A DNA stretch of 51,290 bases, from the sequence record SRR20825006_149. One strand, given 5' to 3'. Made by a program: the position numbers and the translations under genes. Below the pieces are notes generated by a model. It saw only the letters and a program-made list of their open reading frames with translations, searched no databases and was not told the origin of the DNA. Positions 1-10,555 of the stretch are shown one piece after another (position 1 is the stretch's first letter; every line of letters begins with the position of its first letter).

Positions 1-529
1 CCGGATCATGTCGGCCTATCGCAAACATTGCGAATACATGCTCGAAGACGGATCTCTCCCGTCTGACATTGACCGCGCCATGACCAATTTCGGCTTCCCG
101 ATGGGCCTGTTTGCCATGCAGGACATGGCCGGCCTTGAAATCTCATGGGCCACGCGCAAACGCCTGGCCCCCACCCGCGATCCGAATGAACGATATGTCG
201 CCCTTGGGGATTACCTCTGTGAAATGGGCCGTTTCGGGCGCAAGAATGGCCTTGGATGGTATCGCTATGATGAACATGGCAAAGCTTTCCCTGATCCTGT
301 TGTCGATGAACTGGTGATCGCTGAGTCGGCGAAAAAGGGCATCAAGCGCCGCCCGTTTTCCGATGCCGAAATCATCGAAACCATCCTGTCTGCCATGCAG
401 GCAGAAGGCGAAAAAATCCTCGCCGAAGGCATCGCGCACAGCCCGGACGCCATCGATGTCGTGATGGTCAACGGCTACGGCTTCCCCCGCCACAAGGGCG
501 GGCCGATGCACCTTAAAAAGACCGCCTGA
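1..529 (+). CDS. 3-hydroxyacyl-CoA dehydrogenase, C-terminal part (FadB/FadJ-like; 5' end outside the window)
   Basis: Two 3HCDH_C-like repeats: DIDRAMTNFGFPMGLFAMQDMAGL, GRFGRKNGLGWYRY and DAIDVVMVNGYGFPRHKGGPM. Frame is open from the window edge; TGA ends at 529. Confidence 0.9.
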   Translation, partial: RIMSAYRKHCEYMLEDGSLPSDIDRAMTNFGFPMGLFAMQDMAGLEISWATRKRLAPTRDPNERYVALGDYLCEMGRFGRKNGLGWYRYDEHGKAFPDPVVDELVIAESAKKGIKRRPFSDAEIIETILSAMQAEGEKILAEGIAHSPDAIDVVMVNGYGFPRHKGGPMHLKKTA

Positions 530-611
530 ACACCCGAAATCCGGGGCTTTCGCGGCCCCGGAAAGGTGCCCGACCCCGGCCCTTCTCCACCATCACCCCG
601 ACCCGCGCAGC

Positions 612-760
612 GGCACAAACTTGGCACAAACCGGGCGCAACTCGGGCATAAAGCCCCCCAAATGACGCTCAACTGGTGCTCAAACAGCCCGCAAACCGGG
701 CACAACTCTCCCGCTTGGCCGCCTTTGACTGCTTTTGACTGCCGTTTGTCCCCCGCTTGA
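612..760. repeat. Degenerate tandem array with ~11-bp period (GGCACAAAC-like units, then inverted TTTGAC(T/C)GC-like units)
   Basis: Units GGCACAAACTT, GGCACAAACCG, GGCGCAACTCG and GGCATAAAGCC start at 612, 623, 634 and 645. CAA cores fall at 616, 627, 638, (649 TAA), 659, 670, 681, 692 and 703; TTG cores at 715, 725, 735, 746 and 757. Confidence 0.6.
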
Positions 761-851
761 CCGCCAACAAAACGGCCAAAATCGCCGCTCGTGGCCATAA
801 TACGAACCGCCAATCTGGCTGCCCGCCGCACACTGCACACCACATACCACC

Positions 852-888
852 AAAACAAAAACGCCCACCGGGAAATTCCCGACGGGCG
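852..888 (-). terminator. Rho-independent terminator (minus strand)
   Basis: Minus strand reads CGCCCGTCGGGAA-T-TTCCCGGTGGGCG followed by TTTTTGTTTT. The two apparent mismatches are G-U pairs only on this strand. Confidence 0.8.
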
Positions 889-910
889 CAATTCTGGTGT
901 TGACTTGGTT

Positions 911-943
911 CTTATAGCAGACCAAAAAGAACAAATCAAGAAC
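911..943 (-). promoter_or_regulatory. Alphaproteobacterial LexA (SOS) box overlapping a sigma70-type promoter
   Basis: Minus strand GTTC-TTGATTT-GTTC (943-929) matches GTTC-N7-GTTC. It overlaps TTGATT (939-934)-N17-TATAAG (916-911). Confidence 0.65.
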
Positions 944-972
944 TTTTTAGCATGGCCGGTGTTTTTTTTCGC

Positions 973-1971
973 CTACCCGACCAGAACTTCCTTGCCACTC
1001 GCAAGCGATTCAAGCGCCGCATCGGCCAGAATCAACGCTTTCAGGCCATCTGCACCGCTGGGATAGTTGCTGGTTTTACCCGCCACCACATCACAGAATG
1101 TCGTCAGCTCGATGCGATAGGCATCGGCATAACGCGACATGAAGAAATCCATCAACGGTTCGGCGGTATAGCCCGCCCCGTTCGCCACCGTCACCGACGT
1201 GGTGCGATGGTTTCCGGCCTCGACCAGACCTTTTGAGCCATGCACTTCGATGCGCTGGTCATAACCATATGTCGCACGGCGCGAATTGGTGATCACCGCC
1301 ATCCGACCACTTTTGGTCCGAAGGGTTGCCGCCGCACTATCGACATCACCCGTCGCCTTGATTGCCGGGTCGGTCAGAACCGCACCGGTGGCATAGACCG
1401 ATACAATCTCCTCGCCCAGAAGGAAGCGCGCCATATCAAGGTCATGGATCATCATATCGCGGAAAAGCCCGCCCGACCGTTTGATATAATCGACCGGCGG
1501 CGCGGATGGATCGCGCGACGTGATCTGCACCATTTCAACATCACCAATCGCGCCCGCGTCAATTTCGGCCCGAAGGCGGGCAAAACTGGGGTCAAAACGG
1601 CGGTTGAAACCAACCATCAGGACCGCACCGGTTTCCTCGACCACCTTAAGGCAATCGCGCACCCGCCCGGCATCCAGATCGACCGGCTTTTCACAGAAAA
1701 TCGCCTTGCCCGCCCGCGCGGCCAGTTCGATCTGATCGGCATGAAGGTCGGTTGGGGTGGCAATGATAACGGCGTGAATATTGCCATCCGCCATGATTTC
1801 CTCGACCGTCGCACGGGTCGCCCCGGTAAGGGCAATCGCGTTTTCCGCCGCGGCATCGACCGGGTCGAAAACCTTGGCGATTTTGGCATTTGGCAGGGCC
1901 TGAACGGCTTTGGCGTGGGTGATGCCGATACGGCCAGCACCAAGAAGTCCGATATTAAGCATGTCTGACAT
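973..1971 (-). CDS. iolG: myo-inositol 2-dehydrogenase
   Basis: Gfo/Idh/MocA motifs GAGRIG, CEKP, GFNRRFDP, DMMIHDLD and YGYDQRIEVHG; last gene of the iol operon. Confidence 0.92.
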   Translation of the reverse strand: MSDMLNIGLLGAGRIGITHAKAVQALPNAKIAKVFDPVDAAAENAIALTGATRATVEEIMADGNIHAVIIATPTDLHADQIELAARAGKAIFCEKPVDLDAGRVRDCLKVVEETGAVLMVGFNRRFDPSFARLRAEIDAGAIGDVEMVQITSRDPSAPPVDYIKRSGGLFRDMMIHDLDMARFLLGEEIVSVYATGAVLTDPAIKATGDVDSAAATLRTKSGRMAVITNSRRATYGYDQRIEVHGSKGLVEAGNHRTTSVTVANGAGYTAEPLMDFFMSRYADAYRIELTTFCDVVAGKTSNYPSGADGLKALILADAALESLASGKEVLVG

Positions 1972-2015
1972 CCTGAAAGGACAAATGTTGCGAAGATGGG
2001 AATACGGAAAACGGG

Positions 2016-2819
2016 TTATTTGCTGTCGCGCTGGAAAATCCAGTCATGATCGGGATGGTTCTGGAACCGCCATTTGCGCATCGGCCCGGCCATGACATTC
2101 AGGTAATACATCTCATAGCCATAAGGACTGCCGCACGGGTGATGCCCCTTGGGCACCAGCACCACATCGCCGTCCGAAACCGCCATGGTTTCGTCAAGCT
2201 CCCCATCCTCGGTAAACACCCGCTGGAAACCGAAACCCTGCTTGGGGTTAAGCCGGTGATAATAGGTTTCCTCAAGGTATGTCATGTCGGGATAATTATC
2301 CTCGTCATGGCGGTGCGGCGGATAGCTTGACCAGTTACCGGACGGGGTGAAAACCTCGGTCACGAGAAGACTGTCGGCAATATCCTTTTCCTCCATCGCA
2401 ATCGGATGGATGTATCGGGTATTGGCCCCCTTGCCGCGTTCGACCAGCTCGATATCGCTGATCACGCGGGCCGGATAATTTCCCTTGCCCGGTGCGGTAC
2501 AGACCGCCAGAACGCAATCGGTTGTGGCCTTGGCATTCCAGCTGGCATCGTTGGGCGCATAGACACAGGCAGGCGGGATACGTTCAAACACGCTCATGCG
2601 TTTGCCCAGTTCCCCGAAATTCTGATCGCCCACCGTGATTTCGGCCTTGCCTTCGACAAGGACCAAAATCACTTCGCGGTCGCCCGTCGGCTCGGCTGCC
2701 GTTTCACCGGCTTTCAGGTGATAAAGACCGAACCCGACATAGCCCCAATTGGCACTTTGGGCGGTAATGTCATGGACCTTTCCACGGGTCCCCGACGGTT
2801 TTCTCAGCAGATCGGCCAT
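2016..2819 (-). CDS. iolB: 5-deoxy-glucuronate isomerase
   Basis: GNWSSYPPHRHD, LEETYYH, VPKGHHP and YYLNVMAGP motifs. Confidence 0.95.
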   Translation of the reverse strand: MADLLRKPSGTRGKVHDITAQSANWGYVGFGLYHLKAGETAAEPTGDREVILVLVEGKAEITVGDQNFGELGKRMSVFERIPPACVYAPNDASWNAKATTDCVLAVCTAPGKGNYPARVISDIELVERGKGANTRYIHPIAMEEKDIADSLLVTEVFTPSGNWSSYPPHRHDEDNYPDMTYLEETYYHRLNPKQGFGFQRVFTEDGELDETMAVSDGDVVLVPKGHHPCGSPYGYEMYYLNVMAGPMRKWRFQNHPDHDWIFQRDSK

Positions 2820-3724
2820 CAGGCTTCTCCCTTATCCAGTCCGGTTTTCTGCGCCATCGCACGCAGCGCCTTAAGCCCCATCGACTGATATTTGAACGGA
2901 TTGCGCACGACCGGGTCCTGTTCGGCCTCGATCACCAGCCAGCCGGAATAATCATGCTCGGCCGCGATCTTCAGAACCGGTTCGAAATCAACAATGCCTT
3001 CCTCGTCGCCGGGCACGGTAAACACCCCGCGCCGCACCCCTTCAAGGAAGCTCAGATGCTGATTGCGCACCTGCTCGGCGATTTTCGGACGCACGTTTTT
3101 GCAATGGATATGCGCCACCCGATCCATATAACGGCTGGCCAGTTCTTCGGGATTTGCCCCGCCAAACCATGCGTGGCCTGTATCCAGCAACAAATGCGTT
3201 TTCGGGCCGGTATGGGCCATGAAGGCATGAATTTCATCAGCCGTTTCAACAATTGTGCCCATATGGTGATGATACACCAATGTCACACCCTGATCGGCGC
3301 AATAGGCGGCAATCGCCTCAACATCCGCGCCAAATTTCGCCCATTTGTCCGCTGGCAAAACGGGGCTTTCGGACAAGGCGGCATTGTCATTGCCGTGGAT
3401 CGCATTGCTGGTTTCACACACGATGCACACCTTGCATCCCATCGCTTTCAGCAAATCCAGATGCGGCTGGATCGCCTTTTTCTCGTCCTCGACCGAATGG
3501 GTCAGAAGGTTAAGCGAATGCCAGCCCGACACGAATTTAAGCCCGTTGGGGTCAAGCTTGGCCTTGAGTGCCGCCGGTTCGGTCGGCATCTTGTGGCCTT
3601 TTTCAATCCCGTCAAAACCGATTTCGCCTGCTTCGGACAAACAGGTTTCAAGGCTGATTTCAGCACCCAGCGTCTGATCATCGTCATTGGACCAGGCAAT
3701 CGGGTTGGTACCGTAAAGGATCAT
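2819..3724 (-). CDS. iolE: myo-inosose-2 dehydratase
   Basis: [26 protein letters not shown] and EAEQDP motifs. Confidence 0.95.
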   Translation of the reverse strand: MILYGTNPIAWSNDDDQTLGAEISLETCLSEAGEIGFDGIEKGHKMPTEPAALKAKLDPNGLKFVSGWHSLNLLTHSVEDEKKAIQPHLDLLKAMGCKVCIVCETSNAIHGNDNAALSESPVLPADKWAKFGADVEAIAAYCADQGVTLVYHHHMGTIVETADEIHAFMAHTGPKTHLLLDTGHAWFGGANPEELASRYMDRVAHIHCKNVRPKIAEQVRNQHLSFLEGVRRGVFTVPGDEEGIVDFEPVLKIAAEHDYSGWLVIEAEQDPVVRNPFKYQSMGLKALRAMAQKTGLDKGEA

Positions 3725-3728
3725 TTTC

Positions 3729-5558
3729 TTAATCTCCGGGGCGCTGTTGTTTAAGCGCAGCTTCGTAATTTTTGCGGGCTTCGTTCACTGTTGGCCGCAC
3801 CGAAACTTCCGGCACGGCAACATCCCACCAATGACCACCGGCGTCGGTGCTTGGCAGGGGATCGGTATCAATGACAATGGCGTATGACCGGTCGGCCTTG
3901 CGCGCACGTTCCATCGCCGCTTCCAGTTCGCTGATCGACGATACCTTTTCGGCAATCGCCCCCATCGATCCGGCATGGGCGGTGAAATCAATCGCGGACG
4001 GCACCACATGGCGTGCGGTATCCAGAAGGTTGTTGAAACTCTCCCCACCCGTCGCCATCTGCAACCGGTTGATACAGCCATAACCACGGTTATCAAGGAT
4101 CACGGTGATGATCTTGTGGCCCAGCATCACACTGGTCGCCAGTTCGGAATTCATCATCATGTATGACCCGTCACCGACCATCACGACGACCTCGCGGTCG
4201 GGCTGTGCCATCTTGACCCCAAGCCCGCCGGCAATTTCATATCCCATGCAGGAAAAGCCGTATTCAACGTGATAACCGTTGGGTTTTGCCGCCTTCCAAA
4301 GCTTGTGCAGCTCGCCGGGCAGACCACCCGCCGCACAAACCACAATCGCATCGTCATCAACACTGCGCTGAACCGCACCAATCACCTGCGCATCGGTCGG
4401 AAGGGCATTGCCCGTTGGTGTTGCCGTCACCTTGTCCACCGCCGCAATCCAATCGGATTTAAGCCCGGCATCAATCGCCGGTGCCCGGTAATCGCCCAGC
4501 ATGTTGCCAATTTCGGCAAGGGTGATTTTGGCATCCCCCGTCACCGCAATCGCATTATGTTTGGCCGCGTCATAGGCCGCGACATTGATCGACAGAATGC
4601 GCCGATCCGGATGCTTGAAAAGGGCCCAGCTGCCGGTGGTGAAATCCTGCAACCGTGTCCCGACCGCAATGATCAGATCGGCATTTTCGGCAATCGCATT
4701 GGCACTGCTTGCCCCCGTGACACCAATGGAACCAAGGTTAAGATCATCATCCCACGGCATGGACGATTTACCCGCCTGCGTTTCCCCAACCGGAATATTG
4801 TGACGATGGGCGAACTCGGCCAGGGCATCGCAGGCACCTGCATAATGCACTCCGCCACCGGCAATGATCATTGGCTGTTTGGCAGCCTTGATCGCCGCCA
4901 CCGCCGCGTCAAGCTGATCCAGATCGGCGCGCGGACGCTGGGTTTTCCAGATTTTGGTCTCAAAGAAACTTTCGGGCCAGTCAAAGGCTTCTGCCTGCAC
5001 ATCCTGACAGAATGCCAATGTCACCGGGCCGCAATCAGCCGGATCGGTCAATGTCGCCATGGCGCGTGGCAGGGCGGTCAAAAGCTGCTCGGCGCGCATG
5101 ATGCGGTCAAAATAACGGCTGACCGGCTTGAAACAGTCATTGGCCGAAATCGTGCCATCGCCGAAATCCTCGACCTGCTGCAACACCGGGTCGGGGGCGC
5201 GATTGGCAAACACATCGCCGGGCACAAACAGGACCGGCAGGCGGTTGACATGCGCCAATGCGGCGGCCGTGACCATATTGGTCGCGCCGGGCCCGATCGA
5301 TGTCGTGACCGTCATGGCACGTTTGCGGTTTGATGCCTTGGCATAGGCAATGGCGGCATGCGCCATGCCCTGTTCGTTATGGCCGCGCCAGGTCGGGAAA
5401 TCATCGCCAATACCGTGCAATGCCTCGCCCATTCCGGCGACATTGCCATGACCGAAAATCGCCCAGCACCCGCCGAAAAACGGTACACCGTCTTCGTTCT
5501 GCTGTTTGCTCAGATACCGCACCATCGCCTGGGCGGCGGTTAATCGAACGGTTTTCAT
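3729..5558 (-). CDS. iolD: 3D-(3,5/4)-trihydroxycyclohexane-1,2-dione acylhydrolase (TPP-dependent)
   Basis: [28 protein letters not shown] and TPP motif GDGSYMM. Start set at MKTVRLT, whose ATG overlaps the iolC stop (ATGA) and follows GGAGGAG. Confidence 0.95.
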   Translation of the reverse strand: MKTVRLTAAQAMVRYLSKQQNEDGVPFFGGCWAIFGHGNVAGMGEALHGIGDDFPTWRGHNEQGMAHAAIAYAKASNRKRAMTVTTSIGPGATNMVTAAALAHVNRLPVLFVPGDVFANRAPDPVLQQVEDFGDGTISANDCFKPVSRYFDRIMRAEQLLTALPRAMATLTDPADCGPVTLAFCQDVQAEAFDWPESFFETKIWKTQRPRADLDQLDAAVAAIKAAKQPMIIAGGGVHYAGACDALAEFAHRHNIPVGETQAGKSSMPWDDDLNLGSIGVTGASSANAIAENADLIIAVGTRLQDFTTGSWALFKHPDRRILSINVAAYDAAKHNAIAVTGDAKITLAEIGNMLGDYRAPAIDAGLKSDWIAAVDKVTATPTGNALPTDAQVIGAVQRSVDDDAIVVCAAGGLPGELHKLWKAAKPNGYHVEYGFSCMGYEIAGGLGVKMAQPDREVVVMVGDGSYMMMNSELATSVMLGHKIITVILDNRGYGCINRLQMATGGESFNNLLDTARHVVPSAIDFTAHAGSMGAIAEKVSSISELEAAMERARKADRSYAIVIDTDPLPSTDAGGHWWDVAVPEVSVRPTVNEARKNYEAALKQQRPGD

Positions 5559-7468
5559 GCCGCTCCTCCCGATTTTTTGCGCGCCGCATCCCATGTGGTG
5601 CAAAGCGCGCGATATTTTTCCGCCATCTGTGTAACGGCTGTTTGATCGTCAATGTTACCCGCAAGCCAGTCGCGTGCAACCCCGGCAAAGATCGTCCGCC
5701 CGACGGCAAAGCCCCTGACCATGTCATGCTTGGCCGCAACCTCGAAACTTGCCACCAGTTCGGCTTCGGGCGCTTCAAGACCCAGAACGACGATGCCCCG
5801 GCAATAAGGATCATGGCGCGAAATCATGTCACAGGCATGACGCCATGCCGCGTCCGATTTCATCGGTTCCAGCTTCCACCAATCGGGATAAACCCCGATC
5901 TCATAGAACCGCTCGATGATTTTCGCCGTCGTCTGATCATCACAGGCCGCAACCTTTGACGGGATGATTTCCAACAGGAATTCAAGCCGGTTGGCCCGTG
6001 CCCCATCCGCCAGCCGCTTGATGGTTTCTTCCTGATCTTCCTTCATCGCCGCGTCATCATCGGGGTGATAGAAACACAGCACCTTGACGACATGCTCGAC
6101 CGGCCATTCGGCAAGCTTGCTTCCGATATCCGGGCCAATTTCCAATCGTAACGGACGCGATCCCGGCAATTCAACCGGCCGCCCGATCCAAAGCCCGGTG
6201 CCAGCCGCGGCATAAAGCGCATCACGGCCAAGGCGCGGTTCGCACAGGATGCCATAACCCGGCTTATCACCCGCCACATCGCGCACCGAACGCAGGCAAA
6301 GCTCCTTGAACGGCCCGATCCGGTCGCGCGAAACGCCAACCTCATCGGCCAGGTCTTCAAGCTGCATGCGGTGATCAAAGGCAAAAACCCGCATTTCCGG
6401 CCAGTCACCCATCCGGTTGGTCGACCAATGGATCTGCTCCAGCTCCGCATCATGACGCAGCGACGGGTTCTTGATCCCCCGATCAAAGAAGAACTGCAAT
6501 TCGTCCCAGCTTGGATAAGCCGGCGTACAGCCATGCCGCGACACGGCAAACGCGCCGCACGCATTGGCATATTTAAGCGACGTTTCCCAGTCCTGATCCG
6601 TCAGCCACCCCTTAAGCAGGCCGGACATAAACCCATCACCCGCGCCCAAAACGTTAAACACCTCGACCGGAAAACCGGGGCCGGAAATACCGTCATCAAG
6701 CTTCGCGCCAATCTTGCCGGTAAAGGCAACCGCCCCCATCGGCCCGCGCTTGCACACCAGTGTCGCGTTCGACGTAACCCGCACATTTTCAAGCGCCTCA
6801 AGCGTATCGGTCGTGCCACCGGCAATGTGAAACTCTTCCTCGGTCCCGACGATCAGGTCAAAAAGATGCAATGTCGCTTGCAGTTCCTTGGTCACCTTGT
6901 CCGATGCAATGAAGCGGTTTTCACCATCCCCATGCCCCGACAATCCCCAAAGATTGGGCCGGTAATCAATATCAAGGGCCGTTTTGGCCCCGTTTTCCCG
7001 CGCCAGTTTCAATGCCTTCAGCACGGCCGCCCGGGTGCGCGGATGCGATAAATGCGTCCCCGTCACCGTGACGCACCGCGCATCGGCAATAAATTCGGGA
7101 TCAATATCATCCTCGCACAGCGCCATATCGGCACAGTTTTCCCGATAGAAAATCAACGGAAACTGTTCCTGATCGCGCACGCCCAGAAGGACAAGGGCGG
7201 TCAGACGTTCCGGATCGGTGACAACACCACGGACATCGACACCCTCGGCCAGCAACTGTTCGCGGATGAAACGCCCCATGTGCTCGTCGCCCACCCGCGT
7301 GATCAGGGCCGATTTCAGGCCAAGCCGCGCGGTGCCACACGCCATATTGGTCGGTGATCCGCCGATATATTTGTTAAAGGATGCCATATCCTCAAGTCGG
7401 CCGCCGATCTGCGCCCCGTAAAGATCAACCGATGATCGTCCGATGGTAATGACATCAAGCTTTTTCAT
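5555..7468 (-). CDS. iolC: 5-dehydro-2-deoxygluconokinase with C-terminal DUF2090 (aldolase-like) domain
   Basis: PfkB kinase motifs (GGSPTN, DIDYRPNLW, NVLGAGDGF) plus a C-terminal region with AFDHR, PDWWKLEP and GFAVGRTIF. Confidence 0.93.
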   Translation of the reverse strand: MKKLDVITIGRSSVDLYGAQIGGRLEDMASFNKYIGGSPTNMACGTARLGLKSALITRVGDEHMGRFIREQLLAEGVDVRGVVTDPERLTALVLLGVRDQEQFPLIFYRENCADMALCEDDIDPEFIADARCVTVTGTHLSHPRTRAAVLKALKLARENGAKTALDIDYRPNLWGLSGHGDGENRFIASDKVTKELQATLHLFDLIVGTEEEFHIAGGTTDTLEALENVRVTSNATLVCKRGPMGAVAFTGKIGAKLDDGISGPGFPVEVFNVLGAGDGFMSGLLKGWLTDQDWETSLKYANACGAFAVSRHGCTPAYPSWDELQFFFDRGIKNPSLRHDAELEQIHWSTNRMGDWPEMRVFAFDHRMQLEDLADEVGVSRDRIGPFKELCLRSVRDVAGDKPGYGILCEPRLGRDALYAAAGTGLWIGRPVELPGSRPLRLEIGPDIGSKLAEWPVEHVVKVLCFYHPDDDAAMKEDQEETIKRLADGARANRLEFLLEIIPSKVAACDDQTTAKIIERFYEIGVYPDWWKLEPMKSDAAWRHACDMISRHDPYCRGIVVLGLEAPEAELVASFEVAAKHDMVRGFAVGRTIFAGVARDWLAGNIDDQTAVTQMAEKYRALCTTWDAARKKSGGAA

Positions 7469-8247
7469 CAGATCGTCCCCCCAAGCGACCCTTCAAGCTC
7501 GGCCAGTTCCTGACCGCCCGCCATCAGATCCTGCAATTCTTCGGGTTTGATATCACCGCGCTTTGCCGTGCCATGTGTCTGGCCACGGTTCAAAACCGTG
7601 AAACGGTCGCCCACCGCCATGGCATGGCGCACGTTATGGGTAATGAAAATCACCCCGATGCCCGATTTGCGCACCCTGTCGATGGTCGCAAGGACATTGG
7701 ATGTCTGCCGCACGCCAAGGGCGGATGTCGGTTCATCCAGAATAAGCACCTTGGCCCCGAAATAGACCGCGCGCGCAATCGCCACCGTCTGCCGTTCGCC
7801 CCCCGAAAGGGTGCCGACGGCCTGTTCCGGCTCGCGCAGATTAATCCCCATGCGCGCCATTTCGTTCAGTGTGACGGAATTGGCGTGATCGAAATCGATC
7901 CATTTGAACGGGCCGAAACTTTTGCGCGGTTCACGCCCCATCCAGAAATTGCGCGTCACCGACATCAACGGGATCATCGCCAGATCCTGATAAACCGTTG
8001 CAATGCCGCTTTCCATGGCGTCACGCGGGCTTTCAAAAACGACGTCCTTGCCGCCAACCCTCATCGTTCCCTTGGTCGGTTTATGGACCCCCGACATGGT
8101 TTTGATAAAGGTCGACTTGCCCGCCCCGTTATCGCCCAGCAGACAATGGCATTCGCCTTCCATCACATCGAACGACACCCCGCCCAGCGCAATCACCGGA
8201 CCAAAATGCTTTTCGATATTGTTCATTTCAATCAATGGCGTGCTCAT
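7468..8247 (-). CDS. Sugar (inositol) ABC transporter ATP-binding protein, single NBD
   Basis: Walker A GDNGAGKS, signature LSGGERQ, Walker B LILDEPT. Confidence 0.92.
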   Translation of the reverse strand: MSTPLIEMNNIEKHFGPVIALGGVSFDVMEGECHCLLGDNGAGKSTFIKTMSGVHKPTKGTMRVGGKDVVFESPRDAMESGIATVYQDLAMIPLMSVTRNFWMGREPRKSFGPFKWIDFDHANSVTLNEMARMGINLREPEQAVGTLSGGERQTVAIARAVYFGAKVLILDEPTSALGVRQTSNVLATIDRVRKSGIGVIFITHNVRHAMAVGDRFTVLNRGQTHGTAKRGDIKPEELQDLMAGGQELAELEGSLGGTI

Positions 8248-9344
8248 CACCGTTCTCCCGTGATCATGCGGCGGATATAGGTGTTCATGATGACGGCAAG
8301 GATCAGGATACCGCCCAGGAACACACGGAACAGCGAACTTTCAGCCCCGGCAAAGAAAAGCCCCTGCTGAACCACACCGAAAATCAGCGCGCCAAGTGCT
8401 GCCCCGATGACCGATCCATATCCCCCGGTCAGAAGCGCCCCGCCGATCACCACACAGATGATCGCTTCAAATTCTTTCAAAAGTCCGCGGTCTGCAGCGG
8501 CCGAACCGAATTCCATCACCTGACAGGTGGCGAAAACCGTGGCACAGAACGCGGTAAACATGAACATCAGGATTTTGACCCGATTGACCGGCACGCCGAC
8601 ATAACGTGCGGCTTGCGCATCCCCGCCGGATGCAAAAATCCAGTTCCCAAACCGGGTTTTGGTCAAAAGCCAGTGCCCGAAAATCACCAGCACCACCGCC
8701 CAGACCACCAGCATCGGCAGGCCTTCGACAACCGGCTGCCCCTCGCGCGAACCACGCGTAAAGGTATCAAGCAGTCCAAGATCGGCAAACCACTGGAACA
8801 GGTCCTTGAAAATCACGCCGCCAAACAGAAATGCCAGCGGATCACCCTCTGCGGCTTCCTTGACCCCGCCAATAATCGTCTGGCGCGTGGTCAGGATGGA
8901 TAACCAGATCGTCAAACCGCGCAGGATATAAAGAAATGCAAGGGTGACGATAAAGCTCGGCAACCCGGTCTTGATCACAAGGAACCCGTTTAACGCGCCA
9001 AGCCCGACACAAATGACAAAGGCCGCAATGATCGACAGCCACACCGGCCATCCCAGATGGACCGACAGGATGGCAATCACCACCCCGGCAAAACCGATCA
9101 TCGATCCGACCGACAGATCAAATTCGCCGGCAATCATCAAAAGGCAGGCACCAACCGCAATAATGGCAAACTGCGCAGAAACCACGCCCCAGTTCTGCAC
9201 CCCTTCGGGCGAGAACATGCCGCTATCGCCCGCGATCATGAAGAAGAAAACAAAGACCAGGATCGTGCCGCAAATAGCACCCAGTTCCGGTCGGATCATG
9301 GCACGTCGAAGGGTTGAGACTTGCTTGAGCCGCTCGTCCGTCAT
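8247..9344 (-). CDS. Sugar (inositol) ABC transporter permease
   Basis: RbsC-type motifs [16 protein letters not shown] and [14 protein letters not shown]; many transmembrane segments. Confidence 0.92.
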   Translation of the reverse strand: MTDERLKQVSTLRRAMIRPELGAICGTILVFVFFFMIAGDSGMFSPEGVQNWGVVSAQFAIIAVGACLLMIAGEFDLSVGSMIGFAGVVIAILSVHLGWPVWLSIIAAFVICVGLGALNGFLVIKTGLPSFIVTLAFLYILRGLTIWLSILTTRQTIIGGVKEAAEGDPLAFLFGGVIFKDLFQWFADLGLLDTFTRGSREGQPVVEGLPMLVVWAVVLVIFGHWLLTKTRFGNWIFASGGDAQAARYVGVPVNRVKILMFMFTAFCATVFATCQVMEFGSAAADRGLLKEFEAIICVVIGGALLTGGYGSVIGAALGALIFGVVQQGLFFAGAESSLFRVFLGGILILAVIMNTYIRRMITGER

Positions 9345-9419
9345 GACATCACTCTTTTATCTGGCAGGTGAGTTTTGCCAGGGGGCGGCACGCTGCCCAC
9401 CCCCTGACGGGAGGAATGC

Positions 9420-10361
9420 TTAACGGAATTCGCCAGCGTATTTTTCAACAAGCGCGATATTGTCCTTGGTGATGAAACCGGGACCGGAATTGATGTTGCC
9501 GGACGGCAGAACACCATATCGTGCATAGTTGGTCAGGATAACGACCGGCAGATACCCCTGAAGGTAAGGCTGCTGATCAATGGCGAAATTGATCTCGCCC
9601 TTTTTGATCGCTTCGGCGATTTCGCTGGAAAGATCGAACGTGCCAAACATGATCTGACCGGCAAGACCGGCATCACGAACGGCGGCCAGGGTCGGATGGG
9701 CCGAATTCGGGCCAAGTGTCAGGATCGCATCGACATCCTTGTTGGTATTCAGATAGGCCGCGACCTTGTTCTTCACTTCCGACGGATCCATGCCGCTATC
9801 GATCATCTGGCTGCCAAGCTCGACGCCAAGCGCATCGGCAAAGCCACGGCAACGCTCAACCGATGCCGGGTTGGTGATGTAATGGTTCACACAGACAAAT
9901 GATTTCGCACCGGCGGCTGCGGCACGTTTGCCCGCCCCGAAACCGGCATCATATTCCGGCTGACCAACATGCATCAGCGCACCAAGCTCGGCCGACTGTT
10001 CAACGGTGCCGGAATTGATGGTGATCACCGGAATACCGCGATCAACCGCATCCATGATCGGGCCTTTAAGCACGTTGAAATCGGCGATGGTGACAATGAT
10101 GCCATCCGGGTTGGTGGCCGCTGCCTGCTCGACAATACGGGCCATATCGGCCAGATCGCCGGTCGGCGGGTTGCGGTAATCAACCGTGACTTCCATCTGG
10201 TCGCCTGCGACCTTGATGGCATTCTTGATGGTGTTCCACCAGCTGTCCGAGTCCGGTGCATGGCTGATCAGAACGAATTTTTCGTCTTCTGCCGAAGCAG
10301 TCCCGGTAAATCCGGCAAAGGCAATGGCAGCGGCCGCAATTGCGGTCAAAGTCTTCTTCAT
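9420..10361 (-). CDS. Sugar (inositol) ABC transporter periplasmic substrate-binding protein
   Basis: Sec signal peptide (MKKTLTAIAAAA...ASA), RbsB-like fold, IDQQPYLQGY motif; RBS GGAGG. Confidence 0.92.
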   Translation of the reverse strand: MKKTLTAIAAAAIAFAGFTGTASAEDEKFVLISHAPDSDSWWNTIKNAIKVAGDQMEVTVDYRNPPTGDLADMARIVEQAAATNPDGIIVTIADFNVLKGPIMDAVDRGIPVITINSGTVEQSAELGALMHVGQPEYDAGFGAGKRAAAAGAKSFVCVNHYITNPASVERCRGFADALGVELGSQMIDSGMDPSEVKNKVAAYLNTNKDVDAILTLGPNSAHPTLAAVRDAGLAGQIMFGTFDLSSEIAEAIKKGEINFAIDQQPYLQGYLPVVILTNYARYGVLPSGNINSGPGFITKDNIALVEKYAGEFR

Positions 10362-10510
10362 CGTTAGCCTCCCTAGTGGCTTTGAAACGGGGCCGCATTT
10401 TGCGCCCCGATGCGTCGACTGAATGTTCAGTGAACGGTCCGGCCTGTGATTTCTTAAGGCGTCACTTTTTACCGGGCCTCGCTTCGGGGTCAGGTACCCC
10501 GAATTCGATG

Positions 10511-10530
10511 AATGGAATTTTTATTCCATT
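10511..10530. promoter_or_regulatory. Probable IolR operator upstream of the transporter/iol operon
   Basis: Perfect inverted repeat AATGGAAT-TTTT-ATTCCATT, resembling GGAA-N6-TTCC IolR sites of alphaproteobacteria. Confidence 0.7.
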
Positions 10531-10555
10531 TTTATTTTGATGCAACAAATTTTTT

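Noticed and set aside
541-561. Hairpin CCGGGGC/GCCCCGG after the first gene as an intrinsic terminator
   Set aside because: No U-tract follows on the plus strand; it may only be a stabilising hairpin.
612-760. Repeat array as a CRISPR array
   Set aside because: Units are ~11 bp, degenerate and contiguous, with no spacers and no cas genes in the window.
475-939. Minus-strand ORF containing CPVC...CPSC, resembling a zinc ribbon
   Set aside because: The Cys-Pro motifs come from the TTGTGCC repeat units. The ORF runs through the terminator, has no convincing RBS at its internal ATG (798), and overlaps the convergent dehydrogenase gene.
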